IMG/VR virus record: IMGVR_UViG_3300005826_000294
Span: 186,001-250,000 of that record
Length of the DNA: 64,000 nucleotides
Direction: 5' to 3' (one strand)
Below are positions 19,201 through 28,277 of this stretch, piece after piece. The notes below the pieces were generated by a model that saw only the letters and a program-made list of their open reading frames with translations, was not told where the DNA came from and did no database searches. The position numbers and the translations under genes were made by a program. Numbering within the stretch: the first letter of the stretch is position 1; every line of letters begins with the position of its first letter.

Positions 19201-20263
19201 TTTCATCAGTTAATAATTTATCTAAAGCTTTAAGTAAATTGTTTCTCGCATCTTCAGATAAATCTGGATTTTGTAATAAAGTATTAACTCTTATTGCTTC
19301 ATCAAGATTTGTGCTATTAAATGAAGCGACTCTATTTATAGCACTATCAAAAGATCTTTTAAGATCTATAAATTCATTTTCTAACCGCTCAAGTTCACCA
19401 GGAGTGACACATCCGGCAGCTCTAAGCATTTGAATTCTATCATTCTTTTCTTCCGAATATTTATTTAAACTCGCAATAACATTTCTTAATTTCGCTTGAG
19501 GATCTGCTCCTGTCACTACCAAACTTAATTCAATAGGAGAGAGATCAATATTTATTTCTCCATAAGTAGTCCTATTACGAACATGATCACAATAATCAGA
19601 TTCTACTTTTGCTATATTACCACATTCATAACATATTGACTTACCAACTGCAGTACCCATAGAAACATTATTAGCATATCCAGAAGAAACTTTTCGTGCT
19701 AAATCAGGATAATTAATTTTATCTAAAGCACAAAGTCCAATTACTCTTTTATATTTATCATCATAATAAGTATCTACAATAATTCCTCTAATTCCATCAA
19801 CAGAAGAACTTTGATGATCTTTACATAAAGGACGACCAATCCATTTACGATATGCTTTTTTTAATTCTGCTTCTGGGAAAATATCCCCATTGTTATTTTT
19901 ATATGGTCTTAAATTTGGATCCGAACATTTCCATTTCCAAGAACCAGTTTTTTTATCTATGATCCATTCAGCTTGAACAGGATTTCCTGAAGCATCCTTT
20001 TTTATTTTACCATCAGAATCAACAAGAGAAGCTTCTGAACTATGAAGCATAATACAACTAAAATAAATAAAATCTTTAGCTCTTGGAGCTACTTTTTTGA
20101 GATTATTAGCAAATTTCTTAAATCTAATTTTAACTTCATTATCAAGATCCGAGATTTCTGGATTAAAAAGGCGATTTTTTAAATTATTTTTTTTATCCAA
20201 AAAACTACTAGAATAAACCTCTTGAAGTGTAAAATTAGATTCAGCAAATTTAATTATTGACAT
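16202..20263 (-). CDS. Prohead (maturation) protease fused to long scaffold-like region
   Basis: GDIF..EL...W...PL..DH, GIIVD, NVSMG, IELSLV..GADP.A motifs of HK97/herpes assemblin-like serine proteases; then low-complexity acidic, Pro-rich and Lys-rich coiled regions. Confidence 0.8.
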   Translation of the reverse strand: MSIIKFAESNFTLQEVYSSSFLDKKNNLKNRLFNPEISDLDNEVKIRFKKFANNLKKVAPRAKDFIYFSCIMLHSSEASLVDSDGKIKKDASGNPVQAEWIIDKKTGSWKWKCSDPNLRPYKNNNGDIFPEAELKKAYRKWIGRPLCKDHQSSSVDGIRGIIVDTYYDDKYKRVIGLCALDKINYPDLARKVSSGYANNVSMGTAVGKSICYECGNIAKVESDYCDHVRNRTTYGEINIDLSPIELSLVVTGADPQAKLRNVIASLNKYSEEKNDRIQMLRAAGCVTPGELERLENEFIDLKRSFDSAINRVASFNSTNLDEAIRVNTLLQNPDLSEDARNNLLKALDKLLTDEKPVEVEPASATQSTTEMGDTGKGYTGQGNDTGPPEWSMEGNRLANVSLENTITNINKKLGAMETALRDMATGAQKATTNKEEQSMSGKELRERAAARRAMFKSAYHLGGGGVNDPATTPYPVDPTNDQLKTKGDKQMEGQGMEPGSEGLHPGYDSFGQSEENLKKMLSRAELDERKNARHSLMKNAEEAEKLESKQVGAKTVAKLPDGTVISLSNDGTWQAVDDAVIQHARDLVKMVGKTTKKEAYWQGGGGVNEPQTYSVDPTNDQLKTKGDKQMEGQGMESGSDGMHPGYESYGNEEALKQKLLRAQLRAKFVVAYKNEDKTIIDKPNSRWEIYAGPEKILEATGAEIYEDELNENWEVLASKKWGREVLRAIREDGIGKVAYYLKGITLTKEAQPPPEMPPMPGAEAPMPGAEAPMPLPEPKDEKEMPSDKDEDPVKAALSAASEHLEEVEKALGDLEKACEELSGKKSEDADLDTSGISEADDEEYDEDEEDVKDLYSGLDESADELAMLAESLEGRVKSGQSANDPITSELLRLTSEAIDTSVELRSQASLIVKAKKAKKSDKEEKKSEKDEEKKSKKSEKDEKDEEKKSKKSEKDEEKKSKKSDKEEKTFPPKKKSKKDEEEVKEEKKSKKSKAELLVEDLLKARADNRRKLAKEAMGEEDLGIDEVKKDEVKKILDEIFSPFGGIEKFVAKEKEEEEHGLGNLEVDEEEIFQEKAEDMDMDALDAELAQMLDDFQADDFQADDEEEEEMCSKSASARRSWREKVASEVGAKYQLSLDSQTTVDTDMPIGRSQQLGQLDINSNEAVVEGIVEMHEEILKQVQNLPKVREAMNHLGNLLKSGKLNMNELDNVEKLKALAVDPEAAKYWKGYFGEGDKKSSEFGGELTKEFTKKKVQASLDEEKIRMRRAYDIALSMQEKELIASDVSALHAQVDEIMNFDDKSFESFKRALARVSKPTSTKTASPALNVGINEDFSEVSSDSVDLTGQLNKLFD
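17330..17520. repeat. Coding tandem repeats (KKSKKSEKDEE-type) in scaffold
   Basis: Repeated tcactcttcttgctcttcttttcctc units. Confidence 0.8.
18330..18895. repeat. Two ~55-aa internal repeats in scaffold
   Basis: AY..GGGGVN.P...Y.VDPTNDQLKTKGDKQMEGQGME.GS.G.HPGY.S.G twice. Confidence 0.85.
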
Positions 20264-20273
20264 TTAAAATCTC

Positions 20274-20918
20274 CTACTTATTAGACTTCTTCAAATTTTC
20301 TTCTTTTGTGAGCCATTGATGATTTTCAGGTGCAAAAGCAAGTTTAATTTGCTCTGGATCATTAAAATCAAATTTGCTTATCGGTTTAATATGATCAATA
20401 TGATAATCACATAAATTTCCTGGGCAGTTTCCTAAATAAGCAATAATTTCTTTATAATTTATTTCATACTCATCAGTTTTACGAATTTTGCCTGTTTTTA
20501 AATAACTCTTAAAAGCATCTCGAACTCGCCATCTTAATCTTCTAATAATAGAAAATTCTTCATCTTTATTTGATCTCCAAGAACTATAACAATCTTTACA
20601 AACAACTTCTTTTTTTATATGAACGGATTTAAGTTTATTACAAACGGAACATATTTTCTTTTTTGTTTTATAGCATTTTTTACATAATCCATTAGAGTTT
20701 ATTAGAGACATTATATTACAACTTTTACATATTTTCTTTTGTCTATAATAAGAATTATAACATGATCTACAAACTGGATTATCTTTTCTATAAACAATAG
20801 ATTTTAATTCTCCACATTTATAACAAACATCTTTTGGTCTTTTATATCCTTTACATTTTTGACATATAGAACCACTATATGTTATATTTCCACACGAACA
20901 AAATCTTTTATATTTCAA
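20274..20918 (-). CDS. Free-standing HNH-type endonuclease with CxxC repeats
   Basis: Six CxxC pairs then IDHIKPIS...ENHQWL...EN..KSNK. Confidence 0.75.
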   Translation of the reverse strand: MKYKRFCSCGNITYSGSICQKCKGYKRPKDVCYKCGELKSIVYRKDNPVCRSCYNSYYRQKKICKSCNIMSLINSNGLCKKCYKTKKKICSVCNKLKSVHIKKEVVCKDCYSSWRSNKDEEFSIIRRLRWRVRDAFKSYLKTGKIRKTDEYEINYKEIIAYLGNCPGNLCDYHIDHIKPISKFDFNDPEQIKLAFAPENHQWLTKEENLKKSNK

Positions 20919-21750
20919 TAGTTTTTAGAAATCCTTCTATTTCCAACATAGATATTTTATTAACATTTGAAAAATCATTTATCTTTATTTTATTAACAAT
21001 ATGTAATTTCTTATCTTTTGACAAATTTTTTATTCCATCCCATATAGGAAATATTTTATTTGTTTTAGAAGAATTACATGATCTACAAGCCGGAATAAGA
21101 TTATCAAAACAATGCTTTCCACCTTTGCTAATAGGAATTATATGATCTAATGTATAATTATTATTTAATATCAAATCACAATAAAAACATTTAAAATCAT
21201 ATAAAAACATTATTTCAAACCATTCATCTTTCGTAATTCTATCATTTATTTTATTTTGTCTTTTAATTCTGGCGTTTGTTATTATATGAGGATTTTGTTT
21301 ATTATACTTTTTAATATAATCTTTATTTTCTTCTCGCCAGTTTTTTTGATATTCTTTTAAATGGTTTCTATTTTCTTCTGCCCATTGTTTATGATATGCT
21401 TTTAAATATTCTTTATTTTCATTTTTCCATTTATTATAATTTTGTTTTATTTTGTCTTTATTTTCTTCCGCCCAGAGTTTCTTTTTCAATTTAATATGAT
21501 GTTTATTTTCATCACGCCATTTTTTCTTCTGGGTTTTAATTTTATCAATATTATCTATTCTATATTGTTTTCTTTTTTCTATATTTTCCTTAGATGTTTG
21601 TTTTAGACAGTTTTTACAATAACTTGAAAATCTGCCTTTATTTTCATAAAACTCATTAGAGTTTTTTACATCATTACATTTAGGACACTTTTTCTTCTTT
21701 TTCTTTAACATCTTCTTCAATTTTTTCTTCCTTTTCTTCTTTATCATCAA
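20908..21750 (-). CDS. Free-standing HNH endonuclease (likely start 21711)
   Basis: CPKC Zn finger, W.EEN helical repeats, CFYC...TLDHIIPISKGG...NLIPACRSCNSSK. Confidence 0.85.
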   Translation of the reverse strand: MMIKKKRKKKLKKMLKKKKKKCPKCNDVKNSNEFYENKGRFSSYCKNCLKQTSKENIEKRKQYRIDNIDKIKTQKKKWRDENKHHIKLKKKLWAEENKDKIKQNYNKWKNENKEYLKAYHKQWAEENRNHLKEYQKNWREENKDYIKKYNKQNPHIITNARIKRQNKINDRITKDEWFEIMFLYDFKCFYCDLILNNNYTLDHIIPISKGGKHCFDNLIPACRSCNSSKTNKIFPIWDGIKNLSKDKKLHIVNKIKINDFSNVNKISMLEIEGFLKTIEI

Positions 21751-21814
21751 CTTTTTTCCATTTATTATCTATATAAATGGAGTCAATACGACCTTGGGAA
21801 TGTTTAATAATCAT
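21680..21814 (-). CDS. Unannotated 44-aa acidic protein
   Basis: GGAG RBS then ATG; MIIKHSQGRIDSIYIDNKWKKVDDKEEKEEKIEEDVKEKEEKVS*. Confidence 0.65.
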   Translation of the reverse strand: MIIKHSQGRIDSIYIDNKWKKVDDKEEKEEKIEEDVKEKEEKVS

Positions 21815-21816
21815 TT

Positions 21817-22440
21817 TTATGCTCCTAGCATTTCAATAAGGCGAGCACGACGCTTAATACAACTTACCAGTTCGCTCAATTTTTTATGACCCAAAATGTT
21901 TTTTTCAAAATGGACCCTCATTTGATATTCGATAATATTTTCAATACTTTGAATAATTTTCTCTGCTTTTTTAGCTGTAAGTTTAATATCTTTAACTTGA
22001 TCTTTTGAATTAAAATCTTCAAATGTTTCTAGGAACTCTTCCATAAATTCAGCCAATTGTTGCATCGCATCTTGAAGAGCAATTTTAATTTGTCTTGTAG
22101 TAGTATCTTTTTCTAATGGATTAAGAAGACTTATAACTCCAGGGGAAATTGTTTCAAGATTTTCATCTTTTTTTCCTGCAAACATTATAATAAGATGAGT
22201 ATATTTATCTTTTGTCTCTTTTTGAAATTTGCGTAATAAATGCCTTATCTCAAAAAGAGCGGTTGGATCTATATTATCAGCTTTTTCAAGAACGTTCAAA
22301 AGACGTTCATCATGCTGACGAGCAGACCATAACTCTTTTAGAAATTTATCAAACCCTTTAATAGCATTCTTAGCCGCCTCTCGCTCTTCATCAGAAATTT
22401 CGGATGTGCGTTTAGAAAGGTTTGCAGTTTTTTTAACCAT
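21817..22440 (-). CDS. Hypothetical helical protein
   Basis: GGAG RBS; starts MVKKTANLSKRTS. Confidence 0.65.
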   Translation of the reverse strand: MVKKTANLSKRTSEISDEEREAAKNAIKGFDKFLKELWSARQHDERLLNVLEKADNIDPTALFEIRHLLRKFQKETKDKYTHLIIMFAGKKDENLETISPGVISLLNPLEKDTTTRQIKIALQDAMQQLAEFMEEFLETFEDFNSKDQVKDIKLTAKKAEKIIQSIENIIEYQMRVHFEKNILGHKKLSELVSCIKRRARLIEMLGA

Positions 22441-22486
22441 TTTTCTCCTATTAAAAAAAGATTTTGCGTCGTAAAGTATGGGATTT

Positions 22487-22495
22487 TATTAATAG
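22487..22495 (-). promoter_or_regulatory. Candidate late-promoter motif CTA(T/C)(T/C)AATA
   Basis: Also at 6917..6925, 29454..29462 and 57986..57994, each in an intergenic gap upstream of a structural-region gene. Confidence 0.3.
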
Positions 22496-22520
22496 ATTTA
22501 GGATATTTTGTATGATTTTG

Positions 22521-22751
22521 CTAGAAAGGATCGCCTGTATCAAAAAAGAATGGACTAACAGTCATACCGCCTATTGGTTCCTCTGGCTTTGTATCTCCAC
22601 GTAATCCAACAATATTTACAACGGAACTTACATCGCATTCCTCATTTTCTTCATCTTCGAGTTCAGATAGAATTTGATACACATCCATTGCTGAATGTAT
22701 AAATCCATGACTAATTAACTCATTAAAAAGATTGGAAATTATCTTTTTCAT
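22521..22751 (-). CDS. Hypothetical small protein
   Basis: ATGA overlap with upstream gene; degenerate hairpin tag. Confidence 0.55.
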   Translation of the reverse strand: MKKIISNLFNELISHGFIHSAMDVYQILSELEDEENEECDVSSVVNIVGLRGDTKPEEPIGGMTVSPFFFDTGDPF

Positions 22752-25700
22752 CCAACACCTCCAAATGGTGGAGTCATACTCATAATTGGATTAACATTTC
22801 TAGCAGTATCTAACCATGTTTCATATCTAGGAAAAATATCTTGGAATCCTCTTAATGGTTGATCAGTAGGAGTTGGAACAAAAGCATCTTGTTCTATAAT
22901 TTCAGGGTTTTTATATGGACAATTTTCTATTTCTTCAATTATTTTACGAATTTGTTTTGTATCTACTGGTGTTGGATCTTTTCCCATTTCACTAAACCAT
23001 TCAATTAAATTAACAAAAAAATCCTTAAAACCATATGCCTTTGCTTCTAAATAAGCATCTTTATTGCTCCATCCACCTTCTGTTCTAAAACGGGCTATAA
23101 CCCCTCCTGTTCTATCTGCTCCAAACCAACAATGAATATAAGTAGGTTTTTCTAATAATAATTCAGATATTCTATCTCCAAGTATCTTTCTTCCATAATC
23201 CTCTGATGATCCAGTTTCTATTGGAGCAGGAATATGATCCATGCCTATTTCTCCACACATTCTTCCAATTTCAGGATTATTATGTAAAGAAATAACACGC
23301 TCTACCCCCATATCTTTAAGGGTCTGTAATTGTTCTAAATTATCAATCATTCCACCACGGTATAATTTTTTAGGAACCACAATTCCAAAATTTCTTGGAA
23401 GTTTGTCAAATTTTCCTAATTTTGATAATGTTTTTCTATCTAATTTTCCGGTAGGTTTTAATCCATTAATAACCTGTAAGCAAGCAAGATTGAGAACTTC
23501 ATCCTCAGATATACATTTTGAATTTAACATTCCAATTAATTTAATAGCTTTTGTATCATTTATAGCTTTTTTATTAAACTTTATCGCATCTTTAATTTCT
23601 AAAATAACGGGATGAATTACAGGATCCATAAAAAGATCTATTCCTTTTTTTACTATATCATATTTTTTATTTAAAGCACAATATGTTGTAAATTCTAAAT
23701 CTGGTTCCGTCATTGATTCAGCAGGAAAATATTTATTTCTAATTTCATCTAATTTAAGACTAGCATCAATAGCCATATTTGGGAAAAGACCAGTCATATG
23801 TCTTTTAGTTTCTGCTTCTGTTTCAGATTCTCCTTTAAATCTATGACTAGGATTAATAATTTGTTCTGGATTTTTTTCTGGACCAATATGAACTCCCTCA
23901 TGAATTAAAGTTTCTACTAATGCTTTTTCTGTAGCTTGTTCTAATTGTTGAGCATTTGGTTGAGTAGATCCAAACATTCTCTTTACTTGTTCATTAATAC
24001 GATTTTTAAATATATGAACTTCTCTAGGATCTTTTCCAGGACCCATTTCTACATGCCCGAGTTGTCCAGGGCCTCCTTCAGGATGAACAATTATCTTTAT
24101 AATATTATTTTTTATATGAGGTGGAAGTTTAGCCAAAGCTTTTGCTACAGCAGTATCATATGGTTCTATAAGTATTTGAGCCCCTGGTGTTTTTACTTCT
24201 AAATCTTGAGCATCTTTGATAAAATACTTATTTATCCATTCAGCTCTTTCTTCAGGATCCATTTCTTCCATAATATCAATCTCATACAAAGTCATTTCAG
24301 ATCTTTTACGCTTTGGTTTGTTCTTTTTTTCTTTTTCTATTTGTTTTGCTAAATTGTCCCAATATTCTTCAAAGCCTTTCATCTCTTCATCATTGAAACC
24401 CTCAAATACTTCATCATGATCTTCATTAGCTCGTTTTGATAATTTAAAATTTGCTTGTTTTTTACCAAGATCAATCTCAGCAATTTTATCACCGCCAGCA
24501 AAAAATACTACATTTTTTGCCTTCCATTTTGGTAATTTTTCTAATGAAGGTAGTTCGACATTATAATCATCAATATAACCAATAGTTATATGAGGAACCC
24601 ATCCATGTTCCGATGGTAAATCAATAATATTACTAATAGCATCTTGAAGATCATTCTGTAAAGCATTTAATCCAACAGAATTAGGAATAAAAAATATTGG
24701 AACTCCATCATCTCCCTTAGAAAACATTCCTGTTCCCGCTATATACATAGATAATGGTTTATGATGAGAACATACTTTTTCAACAGATTTTATTATTGCT
24801 TTTCTTGTTATATTATCAATATCTTTTGCTTTTCCAAGATAAATAAGAGTTATATGTAATCCATCAGAACTTACACCTTCACCAATAAATTTATTTAACT
24901 TTTTAGGAACCATAATAGCAATCATAGCACCAGTATGTTTTTCTTTTGCTATTTTCAATAACTCTTCTTCATTATATCTATTTTTCCAAAATGAAAGTTT
25001 ATGCTCATCTTCTTCGTTTCCCCATAACAGAAGTTCTTCTTTAAGAGATGCTACTTTTCCAGATGATAAATATGTTTCTATTGTATTAGGAAGAATGTAT
25101 TGATTTTTTAGAGTACTTGGTTGGTGCCCTAGGTCTTTTGAAACATTTTCCAAAGCATTATTAAGTTCTTCCTTTAATTTTTTCTCCTTTTCTTTTTCTT
25201 CTTTTGGAAGAGTTCCTTTTCTTTGCTTTTTTAATTCTTTTTTTAACAAACTATTTGCCTCAGCACCACGAATATCTTTTGCAGTAATCTTAAATTTTTT
25301 CAAATACTTATTAACCATTTTTGGTGTAATTGTAAAAACTTTATCACCCTTTTTTTTATCTTTTATTAACTCTTTTAAAGCACTAACAGTTTCTTTATTA
25401 TTAACAATTTTTTCCTGATCTACACCAGATTTGCCGACATACTTAATTTTCGCTTTTCCACCAGAAAAAGTTATATGCTTAACTAACCAAGTTGTCACAC
25501 CATAATGTTTTCTTTCATCAGCAGAAAATTCATTACCAATTCTTTCTTTTGTATCATAAATTAAAGAAACAGCAATAGCAATCTGCTTGATTTCATCATC
25601 ATCAGATTTTAAATCTTCTTTAATCTTTTTAAGCAAATCAGAAACATTTTCTTCTAACTGTTTTATTTTCTTTTCTTTTTTCTTCCAACGCCTTTTTACC

Positions 25701-25801
25701 CACTTTTCATCATAAATATATGTAATGTTTCCACTTTCTTCTTCTCTTTTTTCAACATAATTTTTTGCTCGTTTTGAAAGATAAAACATATTAATCTCCA
25801 A
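22748..25801 (-). CDS. Multi-domain enzyme: topoisomerase IB core + 2H phosphoesterase + HExxH + PG-binding + Cys-dependent (Tyr/dual-specificity) phosphatase (likely start 25789)
   Basis: RIGN, YVGK, AKDIR, LGH, QY (TopIB catalytic set); HITL and HITI; LIHEGVH; GLKPTGKLDRKT; HCWFGADRTG. Confidence 0.85.
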   Translation of the reverse strand: MEINMFYLSKRAKNYVEKREEESGNITYIYDEKWVKRRWKKKEKKIKQLEENVSDLLKKIKEDLKSDDDEIKQIAIAVSLIYDTKERIGNEFSADERKHYGVTTWLVKHITFSGGKAKIKYVGKSGVDQEKIVNNKETVSALKELIKDKKKGDKVFTITPKMVNKYLKKFKITAKDIRGAEANSLLKKELKKQRKGTLPKEEKEKEKKLKEELNNALENVSKDLGHQPSTLKNQYILPNTIETYLSSGKVASLKEELLLWGNEEDEHKLSFWKNRYNEEELLKIAKEKHTGAMIAIMVPKKLNKFIGEGVSSDGLHITLIYLGKAKDIDNITRKAIIKSVEKVCSHHKPLSMYIAGTGMFSKGDDGVPIFFIPNSVGLNALQNDLQDAISNIIDLPSEHGWVPHITIGYIDDYNVELPSLEKLPKWKAKNVVFFAGGDKIAEIDLGKKQANFKLSKRANEDHDEVFEGFNDEEMKGFEEYWDNLAKQIEKEKKNKPKRKRSEMTLYEIDIMEEMDPEERAEWINKYFIKDAQDLEVKTPGAQILIEPYDTAVAKALAKLPPHIKNNIIKIIVHPEGGPGQLGHVEMGPGKDPREVHIFKNRINEQVKRMFGSTQPNAQQLEQATEKALVETLIHEGVHIGPEKNPEQIINPSHRFKGESETEAETKRHMTGLFPNMAIDASLKLDEIRNKYFPAESMTEPDLEFTTYCALNKKYDIVKKGIDLFMDPVIHPVILEIKDAIKFNKKAINDTKAIKLIGMLNSKCISEDEVLNLACLQVINGLKPTGKLDRKTLSKLGKFDKLPRNFGIVVPKKLYRGGMIDNLEQLQTLKDMGVERVISLHNNPEIGRMCGEIGMDHIPAPIETGSSEDYGRKILGDRISELLLEKPTYIHCWFGADRTGGVIARFRTEGGWSNKDAYLEAKAYGFKDFFVNLIEWFSEMGKDPTPVDTKQIRKIIEEIENCPYKNPEIIEQDAFVPTPTDQPLRGFQDIFPRYETWLDTARNVNPIMSMTPPFGGVG

Positions 25802-27233
25802 TAGAAACTAACAACTCAAAAATATTTTCTTTCTTATTATTTATAAAAATATCATAAGCACATTTTAAAATAATATCTTTATTAAGATTAATGAATTTAT
25901 ATTCATATTCTTTATTTAAACCTTCCCATTTATATATAATATTATAACCATTAATAGAACAATTATTTAATTTCTTAATAGTCTTATATAATAATTTAAA
26001 AAAACTACTTTTAGTTTTTTTATTAATTTTATTTGGATTAAAAAATACTGGATTGCCGTGATAAAAATCACCTAAAAATTCATAAATAGTATTTGTTGAT
26101 TTAACAAATCCATCAGCATAATAATTTATATTACTAATTTTTATATGCTTTTCTCTATTTTCTATGTTTAATTTATCTAACCAAACTTTACAACCTTTTG
26201 AAATTCTTTTAGCACATTTAGGACATCCATTTTTATTATTTCTATGATGAACATCAGAAATCCATTCATGACCTTTTTCACAAATCCACCACACTTTTTT
26301 CGTACTATTTAAAAACACATCATAAGGAGTTAAATCTCCATTTTTTTCATAATTCCATTCTTTTGATAATTCTGGATTTAGAGTTGCTAAACAATTATCT
26401 TTACAGAGTTTTCTATTACTACAATAGGGACATGAACCTTTATTTTTATAAATAATAGAACATTCCCATTCATGACCTTTTTCACAAATCCACCAGACTT
26501 TTTTTCCAGAACATATTCCAAACATTTTTGGTGTTAAGCTTTTATTTTTTTCGTAATTCCATTCTTTTGCTAATTCTGGATTTAAAGTTGCTAAACAATT
26601 GTCTTTACATACTTTTTTATTAGAACAAAAAGGACAATTCACTCCCAAATTTCTACTACTTATAAGAGCATTCCATTCATGTCCTTTTTTACATTTCCAC
26701 CAAACTTTTTTTCCAGAACATATCCCAACCATTTTTGGTGTTAAGTTTTTATTTTTTTCATAATTCCATTCTTTTGCTAATTCTGGATTTAAGGTTTCTA
26801 AACAATTATCTTTACAAATTTTCATATTAGAACAATATGGACAATCATTATAATTTCTATTATTTGGACTTTGTTTCCACTCATGACCTTTTTTACATAT
26901 CCACCAAACTTTTTTTGGAGAGTGTAAAAATACATCATAAGGAGTTAAATTTCTATTTTTTTCATAATTCCATTCTTTTACTAATCTTGGATTTTTAGTT
27001 GCTAAACAATTATCTTTATAAACCTTTCTATTACTACAATAAGGACATCCACAATTATTTGTTCTTGATTTTATTATTGCTTTCCATTTATGTCCTTTTT
27101 TACAAATCCAATATGCTTTTTTATGAGAGTGTGGAGTATAATTTTCAGGATTAAATTTATTCTTTTCATAATCCCATTCTTTACACAATTTTGGATTTAT
27201 TACTAATAGATTATATTCTTTACTTAATTTCAT
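25791..27233 (-). CDS. Free-standing putative endonuclease: five treble-clef zinc (DUF4379-like) repeats + Vsr/EDxHD-like nuclease
   Basis: KEWNYEKN...KKVWW.C.KGHEW...CP.C repeats; ADGF....NTIYEFLGDFYHG. Confidence 0.75.
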   Translation of the reverse strand: MKLSKEYNLLVINPKLCKEWDYEKNKFNPENYTPHSHKKAYWICKKGHKWKAIIKSRTNNCGCPYCSNRKVYKDNCLATKNPRLVKEWNYEKNRNLTPYDVFLHSPKKVWWICKKGHEWKQSPNNRNYNDCPYCSNMKICKDNCLETLNPELAKEWNYEKNKNLTPKMVGICSGKKVWWKCKKGHEWNALISSRNLGVNCPFCSNKKVCKDNCLATLNPELAKEWNYEKNKSLTPKMFGICSGKKVWWICEKGHEWECSIIYKNKGSCPYCSNRKLCKDNCLATLNPELSKEWNYEKNGDLTPYDVFLNSTKKVWWICEKGHEWISDVHHRNNKNGCPKCAKRISKGCKVWLDKLNIENREKHIKISNINYYADGFVKSTNTIYEFLGDFYHGNPVFFNPNKINKKTKSSFFKLLYKTIKKLNNCSINGYNIIYKWEGLNKEYEYKFINLNKDIILKCAYDIFINNKKENIFELLVSIGD

Positions 27234-27256
27234 TACTTCCCTTTATTTTACTATTT

Positions 27257-27649
27257 TTATTTAGGTTTTTTCATTTCTTCTGGAATAGATACTATTTGTT
27301 GTTGAGTTGTAGTAAGAAGTTTTGATAATTCTACAATAACCTGACTAGTAAATGCTGGATTAAGTCCTGATAATAGATTTTTTGTAATTGAAATTGCTTG
27401 TCCTATTGAAGCTGAAGGGGGAATTTTTTTAAGTCCCAATACTCCTGGATGTATTCGAATGATTTTTCCACGTAATTTTCCCATAAATCTACTTCTTTGT
27501 TTTTCAGGAACACGATAAAATATAAACTTAATAATTTTAAACAAAGAGTCAGCGGTAAGTTTTGTAGGATCTTGAGCTTGTTTTATATGTCTTTTAGATA
27601 ATTTAATCATTTTTTTTCTCAAAATGGTCCCACCAATTATTAGCATCAA
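27257..27649 (-). CDS. Hypothetical protein (likely start 27610, MIKLSKRHIKQA)
   Basis: ORF track; K-x-A/LSKR motif at start. Confidence 0.6.
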   Translation of the reverse strand: MMLIIGGTILRKKMIKLSKRHIKQAQDPTKLTADSLFKIIKFIFYRVPEKQRSRFMGKLRGKIIRIHPGVLGLKKIPPSASIGQAISITKNLLSGLNPAFTSQVIVELSKLLTTTQQQIVSIPEEMKKPK

Positions 27650-28277
27650 TGGGCAAACGATTATATTTTTTTGGAGTTGGTAATATAAATCCTGTTTTTA
27701 AAAGAGTTTCAAGTTCTTTCATTTTAGAATATTCAAAATCTGAACTATGAAGCATTCCAGAATTATATTTATTTCTTAACAGTTTAGCAATATTATAAGC
27801 TCTTAGTGCCGAAATTCCTGTTTTTAATTCCGATTCATTTACTTCAATTAACTTATCAATATCAATGTTCCTAAAAGAAAGAATATCTGGTAATAAAGCA
27901 TCCAAACGCTCTGATAAATTACTTTCTCCTTTTTTTTGAAGCAATGTTATAATTTTTCCCAATCTAATAGCATTTTCATCTTGGGAACAATTTCTAACTA
28001 CAGAAGAAATACAATTTGTGACTGCATCTGCTATATGAATTATTCCTTTACTACGAAGATCACTAGATACCTTATGCATCTCTGCAACAATATTTTCAAC
28101 GGCATGTTTAAAATATTGTATTCTTTTTTCTTCCTCATGGATTCTTTCCTTTGATGGTTTTTTTCCTCCAAACCATCTAAGAACTCTATGAGGCTTTGAT
28201 TTACTAATAAGAGCCCATTCAGTTTTTTTCGTATTTTTATTATATCTTTGAACCAACATAGAAAATTTTTCAAGCAT
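27603..28277 (-). CDS. Hypothetical protein with degenerate helical-hairpin tag
   Basis: MHKVSSDLRSKGIIHIADAV after FKHA. Confidence 0.6.
   Translation of the reverse strand: MLEKFSMLVQRYNKNTKKTEWALISKSKPHRVLRWFGGKKPSKERIHEEEKRIQYFKHAVENIVAEMHKVSSDLRSKGIIHIADAVTNCISSVVRNCSQDENAIRLGKIITLLQKKGESNLSERLDALLPDILSFRNIDIDKLIEVNESELKTGISALRAYNIAKLLRNKYNSGMLHSSDFEYSKMKELETLLKTGFILPTPKKYNRLPIDANNWWDHFEKKND

Noticed and set aside
21755-21790. TTGACT as a sigma70 -35 box
   Set aside because: No -10 at correct spacing and the sequence lies inside the 44-aa ORF.
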